Shown: positions 24,748 to 37,684, counted from the first letter of the whole stretch. The stretch is DNA of 61,775 nucleotides, filler included, from Choristocarpus tenellus KU-1152 (GCA_964200185.2; 14 parts of 14 records of this genome joined end to end with filler, not necessarily neighbours in it); one strand, 5' to 3'. Translations and numbers: made by a program. The notes: generated from the letters alone by a model not told the origin.

Positions 24748-27700
24748 CTAGGGAGATTTGCTGTTTGTGAAAGTAAACGTTTGAAGGGCCCACGCAAGAG
24801 AAGACGATCTACTTGCTGATGACGGTCAGACGCGGTGGAATGGATGGTGAAGTACAAGTGGAGGAATCGAGAAGGGTCGTTCATTGTTGCAAAAAAGGAA
24901 GTGGATTCGGGTCAACTAGGTTCTGTGTAGCAATGCCTGAAACTTGTCACCAAATCTGTGAATGGCGTCATCCCTTAACTGATTTAAATGCCATACCTTA
25001 CAACTGGTAAACACTATGTGCTAACTTAGGTATACCCCTAAAAGTCAAGACAAAAATATACAAAACGTAATTCTTGAAAAAAATGTCTCAGGGATGAGGT
25101 AAGTCGATAAAGGATACGTGTTACGTTAGTAGCATTTCCCCGAGCGTTTCCACAATTTAGACATGGTACTGCGATAGTGTAATTAGTTCACAAGGTGTGC
25201 AAAACCGTCTAATTTTTCAAACAGAAAAGGAATTTTGGATAAGGCTGAACCTCAGAAAATTTTATTCAAACAACAGTGCAAGTGCCAAACAACTAAGGGA
25301 ATCCACTTCAGTTTTACGACATCTCCTGCAGCACCCTCTAGCAAATATTGAAAACATAACTTCCGACTCACATTTTTCTGCAATGTGACTGGTATCGGTA
25401 GGTGAGGTCACTCCTAACACCTGCCCTCAAGAAAGATAAAGGCTCCAATCCCAGTCTCCAGAGTGGTAGCAGAATGCTGACGTTTGTCAAAGGTTAAATG
25501 CGCACAACAAAACTCATGTTGGATACCTAGCCACTATGAATTCGCTTTGAGGGCAATGCCTCTCAAAGTGTGTCACTCTGCTTACTACGTCCTTTGCCTC
25601 GATCAACTCAGTTAGTTACTTGCACATGAATCCTGAATCCCTACGAGGCTTTTTTCAAGCTATCATCTACAAATATAGGTCAGAGTGATCTTTGCAGGGG
25701 GAGCAACTCTGTCGCAGGGGATTCGCTGTAAAGCCAAGGAGGCTTTCACCGCCCTTATGCGAGCCCTTCAATGTGATGCAGGTGGGTGCAGGAGCTTGAG
25801 CGTTTCCTTAGGTCGGGTTTTGCTAACGATTTCAAGTCTCTCAGAGACTCAAAAAATACACAAACTTGACCTGCTATGTGAATGCCTAAGAAACACTACT
25901 CGTGGGAAGATGAACACTTGAAATGTTTCCTGTTGAATAAAGAATTGTGTTTTACTAGTATCTTTAGTGACATGTCATTTGGTACACCATGACAAATCAA
26001 ATCTACCTCTGGTCTGGTCCGCCAGTACTGTCTCTTCTCTTCGGTGTAGTCAAAACCCTGCACAACCCTGCCCAAACATCTACACCAGAGAGATACCATC
26101 AGGACCCGTTCAGGAACAAATAAATTTGTCCAAAATATGCACCGTACTTTCTTTTCTTTTCTTCTCGGAAGTAAGAGCAAACAAGAAAAAGTAAGAGATT
26201 GAAAGATCGTGGCGGTTAGAACTCCTCTCAATGCAATGAAAATAATCTTCTCACCTGAGAATGAACATCACGTTGTCGGAGATTGTTTCAGACAGCCCAT
26301 CACCTCCGATCCACCTACCAATTGAATGGTTGCCGTAATTTTCGACAATCATATTCGCGACTGGATGGAGGACAAGGAAGACAGGGGTCGAAGGTTAGGT
26401 AGGTCTTTTTATTTTTTGCAGTTTGCACATCGGGGGGGTGGAAGGGGGGTTGCTGTAGTACAAAGAACTGACATTTTACCTATAAGACACAACTGTTGTT
26501 GCTCTTCTCGAGCACGAATCGTGTCTGAACCATGTCTGCATGAAGGGTCAGCGAGGACAAAAAGGGCAGTAAACTCAACAGACCTAACTACACATGCATG
26601 ATGTTTTCCTATTGCCAGACAGAAGCGGCAAATTGCCACTACTGACAATGAAAACCTTGGCAGGAAATGAATTTTCTTGTCAAAAGGAGTTCAATATCTT
26701 CAGCCAGGAGAGGTGCAATTTTTCAAGCGGGTTCCAGTGAGCGACTAGATTTCAAGTGTTGTATCACAAATGTTCTCAGTCATTCAAAGAAATATTCTCG
26801 TTCTTGACATCCCTTTGCTTCCATGAGCTGCAGAACAATGCATCATGAATGTTCACTTCTAGGCAATGAATCGTGAAGCCACACAAAGCATGCACCGCCC
26901 GCACCTGCCAGAACAATTTGAAGAAGCATCACCGTACTGATCTCTGTGCTGATGTTGAAGACATCGTCCACATTCCTGGGTGGGTGCAGATTGAAAGGGG
27001 TGCAAGCAGTGAGAACTATCAACCAGGCTTCAGTAAGAGCTCACCGCAGCACTCTATCCTGCTTTTGAGGCAAAGATTCAGGCGAACTTTGGGAGAGGAA
27101 GAAAGGGCCGATCATAGATGCAGACTCACCTAATCAGTGGATAGAGTGCCACCAACGCCGTTGCTAAGCCAAATTGCACACCCCTCAGTATATCTGTTGA
27201 TTTATCGCCTCTGGTCATAAGCAGGATGGAGTTTTGTTAGCATGAGGGACAAGACAATGGCGATGAGGTGGAGAGGGTATCTTCTGAATTCTACATGAAA
27301 GCCTCTTGACCACTTTACGATACATGTTAGGCAAGCAGTACCAAGTACAAATATCACTACAAGCAGCACCCCACTGGTTCAAAGTATCTGGGGGGGGGGG
27401 GGGGGGGGGGGGGCCCCCGGCGGTTTTCCCCACGCCGGCCGGGCAGGGGAGGCACCCCACAAAACAGCAACCAACGAGCACCCAAAAAAACNNNNNNNNN
27501 NNNNNNNNNNNNNNNNNNNNNNNNNNNNNNNNNNNTTAATTAATTAANNNNNNNNNNNNNNNNNNNNNNNNNNNNNNNNNNNNNNNNNNNNTCGACATCC
27601 CCCCCCCCCAACAATTTCGCTGCGCCTTGGATATTGATGGCCTTTACCGTTCGACAGAACACATGAAACTCACTCATCACTGTCTGCCATATGTCAAGCA

Positions 27701-28221
27701 TAAACCTGTGCATGGTTGCCCTCCCGACATATAATTTGGGTCGGTGCGTAATTTCCTTTCATGTTCACCCTCCACTTTCTAGATTAGACGTAACGTTTTG
27801 CTGCTCAGGATTACTGTTTCATATCGACACACACACACACCAAACAGTCTTTCCGTGCTTTGGATATTGACGGCCTTTACCATTCGACAGAACACATGAA
27901 ACTCATCAATCACCGTCTGCCATATATCAAGCGCAAAACTGTGCTCGATTTTTATTACCAAATAGCTGCCTTCAAGGAAGAAGCTACGCCGTGCTCATGT
28001 CCACAGCATTGCCACGCCCTTTTCATATCGCGTTTGCATAGCCCACACATGGACACGAACCTTGCACTCCATACAGATCCCGTCATCATTAATAACATAG
28101 TCAATCACTGTTCGTACAAGTACACCCTTCCTATAGGGGCTGACAACATCATCCATCCTACGTCTACATCGTTCTCCTTACCTGATACCGATGTCCTGAC
28201 ATTCTCCCCTCTACCTTCACA

Positions 28222-31200
28222 GGCAGTCGGCCACAGGCCCAAAAACGTATGAACGCAAAAGATCAGAGGCCTAGTCACGTCCATCCTCAGCGCGACGTGT
28301 ACGATAGACCTCGCCACATCTGACTTCTTGACACAGAGGTATAACGTCAACCTTCTGAACAACAGTAGAGTGGAGACCATGTTGTCGAAGCTGGGGCCAG
28401 ACCCACAGGTCGCCGCCAATAGGCTTGCGGGGATGCTTAGTGGGCAACCGTTTTCACTGTGTGCGAGGTGGAAAAACATAACCGACTTCGAAACCGACAT
28501 GCGCAGGGGAAACTGCCCTCTAGTGTGCCCCATGGCGAACTATTCGAAACCTACATTGCCAATGGCAACCTGGGCACGGACCACAATGGCGACGATAGGG
28601 ATACAGAGGGCGCCAACAACCTCCTGTTTTACCTCAATGGACAACAACGCATAATGGAGTTGAAGACAATCAACTGCGTCGCCAAGGAGGAGAACATCCC
28701 ATGCGGCATCAACCCCCCGGCCCACGTGACAATGCCGTGGGCCTCGGAAGTAGGGGCAAACCTCCAAAGTGGACACCACACAGGAACTTCATGTGGAAGA
28801 TATACCCACATTGCAGTCGAGAAAAGGGTGAATCAATCTCCATAGGAGAGAGCGTTGCAGCCAGCAGATTGCACGTACCAAACATCCTAGACATATTCCA
28901 TTGGATGATGTCTTGGGTTGCTGCTATCCTGAAGTATAGGCGCGACTTCAGATGCAAAAGGTCTAACCCCCACGTCCGGGAAGCGGAAGAAGACTCTGAT
29001 CGTCGCACGCGCATGGCGACATTGGTCACCAAGTGCAACCAGTATTGTCTAGGTGACATAGTCTCCCGGAGTACGAACACCGCGTTACAGGTGGCTATTA
29101 AGAGGACCGTAGCTACCAAGACAAAGGCATTCCTCAAAGAAGCTTGGGAGGACACACACATGGAAACCGGGATGGATAGACTCACCGACCAAAGAGTGAA
29201 AGTATCTTAGAGGGTACGAGTTTTGCCCTGTTTGTCCATTTGGGGCTTAGCCTCCCATGTTTTTTTCGTGACATTTTCCCACTCAAAAATATTTCGGAGT
29301 AGATAAAGTGTGTATGTTATGAAAAGGTGTCTCTGGAACAAGGATAATGACACTTCCAAACAAACACAATAGTCAAAATTTCATCAAAATCGCAACTTTA
29401 GATTTTAGTCCCCAAATGGACGCAGCCCCACCCTCTAAGATACTTTGGCTCCAAATCTCCGTCCAGTTCTTCAACGCAATCCCCACCCTTGTCTACATAT
29501 GCGCGGGAGAAGGTGAGGTTCTCACGGCTCCTTCCACAGGAAACGATTCGTGAAACAATTGTGAAGCATTCCCTACTTTTCGTCGCCCATACCGATATTA
29601 ATTCCGCATCGGCGATCCAACCAACCCGATCCCTTTCTTTCCCTCATAATGTTCCACCAGAGACAAAAGAACTGGAGCAGATCCTTCTCGGTGTGTGGAG
29701 AGAGTACAAGAATCGCGACGGGTCAACGGTAAGCACGGTGCAGCTATCCCCACATTTTTACACAAATACACCACTACTAACGCCCCAACAATATCATAGT
29801 AACCCCTGCCTTCGCATATTGAGCTTGAATTGACCTCTTATACATGTGTATCGCTATAGATCCTATGAAATACGCCATCAACGAACGGACCCGCTCCCGC
29901 TCCCACGTTCTTCTGTCCTGAGCATGTCACCTTATTCTCCACACACCCAACGCGCACCTTACAAGGACAAATTCGACATTAGAGCGGTTCACATGTTCAC
30001 TGTCCTGTGGTACGCTAACCCGGACGCCGCCATCGAATCCCTCAAGAACTGCACGGGGTTCACACACCCCTGCAGTTTGAAGGTGGGTGAAACATTCCCA
30101 ACTATGTTGTCCCCACACAACGCCACAATTGGCATGGGGCAGGCAACAATGGAGGAATTTGATGCGTTTTGTGGAATGGTAAAGGCCATCAGTTTCCAAA
30201 GAAGCCTAAGCTCTTAGGGTTCTGCTGCGCTACGCGCATCCCCTGGTAACCCTTCTCTGATCGATGCACTGTTAGCCATAAATCATCCACATCCTCAAAG
30301 CTCGTTCTTTACCAGTCTCATAACGACACAGCATCGCACGCTTGATGTATATGTAGGTCACAAACGAGGTCAAGGAGCAATATTTCGCAAGAATGTGCAC
30401 TGGCGTCCTCGCTGGAGCCGGACTAGCCGTCCTCAGAGGGGAAACCCCCCAAGGCCATCGCTGGCGCGACATTGTCGAAGTGGCAGCGCATGTCTTCTTA
30501 GAGCAGGCAGCTAAAAGACTCCCTACTGATGCGCTCGCGTTGACGTATGTTGTTGGGACGGAGAAATTTCCATCGGAATGGGTAAGTCAATCTTTGACCG
30601 CGTGACAATTCAAGTAACGTATGGATGTATATGCATTTACCCCGCCGCTGACCCTGCAACAGCAGCAATGTGTACCGTCTAGTTCGTGCCTCGCAATGTA
30701 GACACCCATGTCATGCATGTGACTTACCGTTCCATTACCCACGTGCTTCTCCATGACAGTTCTCCCACACTTTAAGGAGCGTCCAGAACAAACGGCCCCC
30801 GGACGACCAGGACAAAGGAAAGGAGAAGACAAGAGAAAAGGGGAAGAAGAGCAGACCAGGGGTCGGCGATCCAGACCCGGCGTCTGCCGCCCAGGCGGAG
30901 GAGGAGTGGGCATCTCAACCCTCAAATGTCAGACTGGCATACAGAAGACGTATACACACCAAGGATGTCCTCGTTAAGGAGGCTGTCCTGGAAGTCGCCA
31001 TACAAGTCATGAAGGACCTAAAAAGGAAAGGCGAGCTCGGGATAGACACCAACGCCAATGTCTCCTCAGCAGGGTCTTAAGAAGAGGGTCCTCCAAAGAA
31101 AAAATACATCCTCAGTGACAAGGTAATCAACTTAGTGTGAGGTTGACCGTCTCATCTCTCCACCATATTTTAGTTTGTATGAAGACACATCACAATAAAC

Positions 31201-31930
31201 GCCCTGGTAGCGCACATTAATGCAACCCCCTAACATCCGCAGGTGAAAAGGGACCTCGTGTTGAGGGAGGATGTGGAGGAGGGTACAAATTTCCTGGACA
31301 TCGTCAAATACTCTGAAGGCGTAACCCTCAACAGCAGTGACGAACACACAGGCAAGCAATTATATCATTGAACAACATCGCCATAGGTTAACATCCAAAC
31401 ATGGTTCCCTACACCAAACACACAACCTAGAACTCTCACAGAGCTTACCCACGATTTACAGTTTCACAACGAACATGGTCACAGGGTTCTCGGGTTTTAT
31501 ATGATGCGAAGTTGCTCGTCGAAGAGATTGATTCATACGTTCGCAATGTTCTACCGGTCGACAAAACCCGGCAAAAGAAGGAAAATTATGTCACAGTTAC
31601 ATGCTAGTCCTATACGCATCTTCTTCACCCTATGTTACCAGCCCTGTTTGCCTCCTCCATCACAGAGAATACACAGGTCACAAACATTCTCATCACGCCA
31701 GACAAAAACGACAGGTCCGAGCACGACCTTGACAAGTTCGGGTCCGATACGAACACCGCTCGCGAGAGAGAAGTTGCCCTTCTCCAGACACGACTAGGAG
31801 GTGTCGTGATCACATGCACAGTCCTCGGAGACAACCTAGATCCGGATCTTCTCAAGCTCCTCATGGACCAACTCTCCGCCTTCCGCAATTTTGAACTGAT
31901 GAAGACACCAATAGTGTTAAAACATAGGCT
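28222..31930 (+). pseudogene. Multi-exon orphan gene with stops or frameshifts, interrupted by a MITE
   Basis: Successive splice-bounded open blocks (about 30356-30581, 30777-31122, 31243-31351, 31642 onward) with an in-frame TAA near 31078; no family recognised. Confidence 0.5.
29194..29451 (+). mobile_element. MITE family B inserted in an ORF
   Basis: TSD CAAA; removing the element and one TSD restores the frame ...LTDQ-ISVQFFN. Confidence 0.93.
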
Positions 31931-32199
31931 ACTCATTTGTTTCTTGTTGATATGATACACATACTACCAGCTTGTACTGACTGTTGATTGGTGCACTGCA
32001 CTGGTTGTTAGTGTTCATATATTTATTGCGCATTCCAACTCATAATCACATCGATGACAGTAGATAGAAGTATAGCATCAGTTGATATTCAGTTGATCCN
32101 NNNNNNNNNNNNNNNNNNNNNNNNNNNNNNNNNNNNNNNNNNNTTAATTAATTAANNNNNNNNNNNNNNNNNNNNNNNNNNNNNNNNNNNNNNNNNNNN

Positions 32200-32460
32200 C
32201 CAGATAGCCTAGCCTAGAGGAGAGTGACCAGGAGTTGAGGAGCCAGGCCACCTGCTTGTCCTCCATCTCACTGAGGTGTGTAGCTACAGCTCGAGTCCCA
32301 GAGCTCTCTATCACCTCCGCCATGTGAGCTCGAATGAAATCATCTGTTCCTACTGGAGCCCCTAGAACGACAAAAACACTGGGGTTAGGGGCTAGGTTGA
32401 TTCCTGTCGTGGAAAGGAGCTCTAGTTCCGAGGGCGTGGGTTGGTTGCCCTGGGGAGGTG
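32200..32460 (-). mobile_element. CRE-like non-LTR retrotransposon fragment (post-RT region)
   Basis: VVLGAPVGTDDFI...LSEMEDKQVAWLL..SLSSRLGYL resembles the LGxPxG/thumb region of CRE-clade elements. Confidence 0.65.
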
Positions 32461-32860
32461 CAGCAAATGTCTTGTCCATATAAGATATGTGTAGGCTGCC
32501 CTATCTTGGTTGAGATTTTGGTGGGCATCCTTTTAGCGTCTACACAATAAACCAGCAAATATATGAACATATAACAAAAAAAAACTTACTTCTTCATTGG
32601 GGCTTCAAAAGGTATGTTTTGCTTTACTCACAAATTCTGGATTTTTTAGCCTTGTCCTACCATTCCATCTGTTCTACTTCTTAAAAATATGCTTTTTATT
32701 CATGTGTAAAAGAAGATTCTGTACAAGAAACAATCCAAGGATGAAGACATAATCTTTGTGCTCTGAAGAATAGAAGATAAGATTGGGTTTCAAGAAAATA
32801 GAGTATGGAAGAGTTCAGGAATAGGAAGCATTGTGGGAAGTAATTTGTGATTAGTTTGAT

Positions 32861-33031
32861 GGCTCAAAGTATCTGGGGGGAGGCGGCGACTGTCCATTTG
32901 GGTCCAAATTTGTCATGTCGCAATTTTTGGGTGATTTGGTTCCATACGTTGGATGGATAATGAAAGTTCGCTTTTCCTGGTTTTGGTCCAAGTGGACACT
33001 CTGGTGTAGACGCCCTACCCCTTCTTGGCTC
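32861..33031 (-). mobile_element. MITE family A
   Basis: TSD TGAT; one TIR partly deleted. Confidence 0.9.
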
Positions 33032-33187
33032 TGATGATCACGTCTTCCTTTCACCTTCCTTTCACCTTCCTTACTTCTGTACAACCTGATCTACACAATA
33101 AGGACCTAATCAAGTCATTTACATACACAAGTCTTGGGAACATCAATTTCTTTATCACTACTCCTCCTCCACCATTGTAACACTACT

Positions 33188-33444
33188 GAGTCAAATTATC
33201 TTTGAGGATAGAGCCGCGTCCATTTGAGGACCAAATGCCGATGTAGCAAATTTGACGTAATTTGCTATTGTGTTTGTTAGGAAGTGTCAATATCCTTATT
33301 CTGAACACACCTTTTTATAACAGATACATTTTAGCTACTCTCAAACATTTCAGAGTAGGTAAAATGTCGTAAAAAACCCGTGGGAAGCCAAGCTCCAAAC
33401 GGACAAACAGGGCAAAACTCGTACCCTCTAAGATTCTTTCACTC
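33188..33444 (-). mobile_element. MITE family B
   Basis: Both TIRs recognisable; TSD not clean. Confidence 0.85.
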
Positions 33445-33449
33445 ATTGC

Positions 33450-33690
33450 TAACCAAATAGTGCGACCAACCTTTGTCACTGACTTGCAGTCACCAACCAA
33501 TTCGGCCAATCTTTGCAATTGGTTCCCAGCCTCCAGCCAACATAGCCAATCCTTCATATACAGTCACCAACCGTTGTGACCAACCTTTGCCACTAGTTTC
33601 CAATGACCAACTATATCTGATGACCAACCAGTGCGACCAGTCTTCGTCACCAGTTTCCAATCACCAACCAATGCGGCCAATTTCCGCGAA
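33450..33690. repeat. Degenerate tandem repeat of about 40 bp (accaacc..tgcgacca..cttt.cact..tttcca)
   Basis: Motif recurs about 5 times. Confidence 0.5.
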
Positions 33691-33803
33691 TCTATACACC
33701 TTCCTCCACAATACTTTCCACTACACCAAACCATTCAACACCACTCAACCCCACTAACATTCTCCACCACTCAACACCACAGCACTTTCCACTCACTCCA
33801 CCA

Positions 33804-33935
33804 GACCCAATGTATCTGGGGGGGGGGGGGGGGGGGGGGGCACCCCCCCGTTTTTCCTTTGGGGCAAAAAAAAAGAAAAGACCCATTACATTATCCCCCC
33901 CCCAACAACAAAAAAAAAACANNNNNNNGGCGGGG

Positions 33936-33970
<35 letters not shown>

Positions 33971-34119
33971 CTACACCAGGTTGTCCATCTGGGCTAAAAC
34001 CAAGGAAAGTGCACTTACATTATCCATCCGACACATGCAACAAAATGACCAAAAAATCGCGACATAAAAAAATTGTCCCCAAATGGACAGCCGCCACCCC
34101 CCCCCAGATACTTTGGCTC
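33804..34119 (+). mobile_element. MITE family A with an internal gap and low-quality duplicate
   Basis: TSD ACCA; poly-G with N gap. Confidence 0.85.
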
Positions 34120-34453
34120 ACCACACCATTCAGCACCACTTCGCATTCACCCAAGAACACCGCTTCATCATCCACTTCAATACCGTGCCTTTGAACTAGA
34201 AGACATCTACCCTGCCCGAACATGAACTCCCCCCCCTTCCCCATCATCCCAATCGAATGTGAGCAATCGAAAGGGTGGGTGGGTGGGAAAGATTGCTTGG
34301 AGGTTGCCTTGATCTTGCACTGCTTCTCCTGCACCACCAACCTCAGACTTACCTATCGTTCTTCCCACTTCCTTCTTACCTCGTATCTTCACCTACTACC
34401 CATTTCTTTAACTTCGCTCCTATCTCTTCTGCCTCCTACCCACCCAGTCCTTA

Positions 34454-34696
34454 AAGTGAAATAATCTTAGAGGGTACGAGTTTTGCCCTGTTTGTCCATT
34501 CAGGGCTTGGCTTCCCACGGGTTTTTAATGACATTTTACCTACTCCAAAGTGTTTCAGAGTAGGTAAAACGTATACATTATGAAAAGTTGTGTTCGGAAC
34601 AAGGATGTTGACATCTCCTAAGAAATACGATAACCAAAATTACATCAAAATTGCAACATTGGATTTTCGTCCCCAAATGGACGCGGCTCTACCCTC
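34454..34696 (+). mobile_element. MITE family B, right TIR truncated
   Basis: Matches the B body up to ctctaccctc. Confidence 0.85.
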
Positions 34697-35200
34697 ATGC
34701 CCCAACGTGCTGATATGATTCAATAATTTTTTTTTTTATTCTTTAACATCCTACTATTGACAAACCTAAATATTGGAAACACGAGTTTTGCTCCCCCTGA
34801 CTCTCCAACCCTATAACCCGAGGTGACAGGCCTCCAAGCAAAGTAGGCTTCAAGTGAAGGAGACAGCATGTCGAAGCAAATTCCAGTCTGAAACCCGTAC
34901 AAACAAGTGTGGGCACTTGTCAGCAGGGTTAACCCTTCGTTGACCTTCAAATTCCCTTCTTTTACCCTTGTCATGACTTCGCTCACCATACATCCCTCTA
35001 CGAATTCTCCTGGTTACAAAACTCAGATTACTCCATCAACTTCCCGTACATCAAAGTGTTTACGGAAAATGAATTTCCTTAGAGTGCTTTGTCCAACGGC
35101 GATAAGAAAAACTACAAAAATCAGTATGCGCAAAATGAAATTCACTATCAAAAAGAAAAATGGAAGAACAAGAAAAGCCACCCGAAGATGACGGGCAAAT

Positions 35201-35358
35201 GGCTCAAAGTATCAGGGTGGGGGGGGGGGGGGTGGCTGTCCATTTGAGGTCGATTTCTTCATGTGGCGATTTTTGGGNNNNNNNNNNCTTCTGTGGCGTG
35301 TTTGGTGAATTTTTGTTGGTGGGGTTGGGGGGGGGGAGGGGAAGAAGGAAAGAAGGAA

Positions 35359-35420
<62 letters not shown>

Positions 35421-35571
35421 GGCTGTCCATTTGAGGTCGATTTCTTCATGTCGCGATTTTTGGGTGATTTGGTTAAATACGTCGGACGGATGATGTAAAT
35501 ACACTTTTCCTGATATTGGTTCAAATAGACACCCTGGTGTAGACCCCCCCCCCCCACTGATACTTTTGGTC
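35201..35571 (-). mobile_element. MITE family A with an internal gap and low-quality duplicate
   Basis: TSD AAAT; both TIRs present. Confidence 0.85.
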
Positions 35572-35910
35572 AAATTCAAACTATTTTCAGGGTGGTTAGT
35601 TGGCGCATCGTGACAAAAGAGCAGTCTGCCGTAGCCCATGTTAGCTTCCATCTATTTTGACCCTTCCCTGGACATTCCTCTCCTGTACTCAACACCATGG
35701 CCTCAGAGATATATGCCCTTGCAGCCTTGGCCAAGCCAGGCTTGAACAATGCACCTGCCATGCAGGTGGAATCGTCAGGGTCAACCGTGCCCAGATTCCA
35801 AGTTCCCATGCTGCATTTGTGCTGTTTGCCTCAACAAGAATTAGGGATGTTTGTCGAGCAGAGTTCCATGGTGTCTCCAGCCGTAGTCTGCTAATGATGC
35901 TGTGACTAAG

Positions 35911-36240
35911 TCATGCATACACCACTAGCTGCAGGAGGAGCTTCGGAATTTTCTCGAAGTCTAAAAAAGGGTACATCTGCACTACCTTGCCAAAGCCCCA
36001 CTCCACAGAAATCCTCAATCTCAACAGTTCCCTTTTATATGCCTTCTGGGTCGGGGTGATATTGACACCTCTGAACCCATGAGACACATAGGAGAGGACA
36101 GGGTACGCTGCATCCCCATATACCTGGTAATGGAAATACTGCCTCAACTGCAACATGGCTAACCTGAGGTTTAATCCACTTTCTCGTAAAATGTATGCAT
36201 CATGCCTGCGGCCAGGTATAGGCCCGAGCTTGCGTTCCAT
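35911..36240 (-). mobile_element. PIF/Harbinger transposase fragment (DDE_Tnp_4)
   Basis: GRRHDA...VYGDAAYP...RISVEWGFG are the characteristic catalytic motifs. Confidence 0.9.
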
Positions 36241-36583
36241 GGCGGTACAGTGGGTCTGTCTAGTGTGTAGTTGGTGGAAGTACAGGACAAGGTCGGGAAA
36301 ATGTGTTGTTGTATGTGTCGATCAAGTGTTGAGGCTCAAAACCTGTTGAAACCTGTTGAAACCTGAATTTAATGCATCGTATATGTAAGCAAAAAGCGTA
36401 GACTACGAGCGATGAAGAATCATGGTGTTACAAGCACTGATTAGTGATACGCGTAGTCTATGTTATATATAGGTGTGATTGTGCTGCAAAACACCGATGT
36501 ATTTATTCTGTTGTAACTGAAGGTCATTGATCTCTCAGTCAAGAATGATGTGATGTGAATTCAGTGTCCCCTCATGAGATACT

Positions 36584-36921
36584 TGTGCAATATAGGCTGG
36601 TAGTCTATATGGATTATAGGTGTTTAGTGACCACTACTAGACTACAGAAATGTTGACTAAGTAGAATAAGTGTCATTGACTTGTTTTTGTGTGCTTAGAA
36701 GTAATAGGTTCGCATCACGGATAATTGATTTCTTATTACTTGATATAAATGGATTGACAGAGGATTACGGACGTAGTACAAGCCACATAGGATAAGTGAC
36801 ATAGTACGACCAACGGCAGGACACATTTTTAATGTGTCTGCTGACGTGTGCAATAACATAATAAGAAAGAGCACCCCCCACCTCAAGGGATAGTGCTCAC
36901 TCCGGTAATAAATACATCCAT
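36584..36921 (+). repeat. Dispersed repeat of about 340 bp; second copy at 42604-42956
   Basis: Near-identical start tgtgcaatataggctggtagtctatatgg.ttataggtgtttagtgaccactactagac and colinear remainder on two contigs. Confidence 0.85.
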
Positions 36922-37504
36922 ATGTGAATCGTGTGATTCTGTGGCGGCGTGGTTCACTCAGGCAAGGGTGGTGAAGAGAATCACCGGGCANNNNNNNNNN
37001 NNNNNNNNNNNNNNNNNNNNNNNNNNNNNNNNNNTTAATTAATTAANNNNNNNNNNNNNNNNNNNNNNNNNNNNNNNNNNNNNNNNNNNNTGAGTTGAAG
37101 GGCCAAGAGTTGGACACATGGTACAGAACGAATATTGAATGGCTCATACACCGAGCTGAATCAATGGGGTTCATTTAACCTATCACATCTTCTTGGACTT
37201 CAAGGTCATTGCCATATTTCTCGATATGAATCATGACAAGAACAAGCCTGATAACAGAAGGTGGAGGAAAAAGGAGAGAACTCAAGCTGCTCTCACTTCT
37301 CGAGCTGAGGCAGTTTCCAGAGCCTCTCCCACATCGCCCAGTTTATCCTCCGGTCTTGCCGACCTATCACAACACCACATACCATTAAATGATTGTCAGT
37401 GGAAGATTTGGAGGACTGAAAAATACCGAAAAGGGAGGACACCTTCTATATCAACAAAAATATGTTGAATTGATCCCTCTGTCATTGCATGCTCTTTCAT
37501 TTCA

Positions 37505-37684
37505 GACCCAAAGTATCTGGGAGGGGAGGGGGGGTCTACACCAGGGTGTCCATTTCGACCAAAATCAGGAAAAGTGCAGTTACAGTATCCATCCGACGTA
37601 TGTAACCAAATCACCCAAATATCGCGACATGAAAAAATTGACCCCAAATGGACAGGCGCCACCCCCTCCCAGATGCTTTGAGCC
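37505..37684 (+). mobile_element. MITE family A, full length
   Basis: TIRs gacccaaagtatctggg...cccagatgctttgagcc; TSD TTCA. Confidence 0.93.

Noticed and set aside
35160-35651. Poly-Pro and poly-Gly ORFs (also near 27400, 33850, 41210, 50940)
   Set aside because: They derive from homopolymer G/C runs and low-quality sequence around N gaps.
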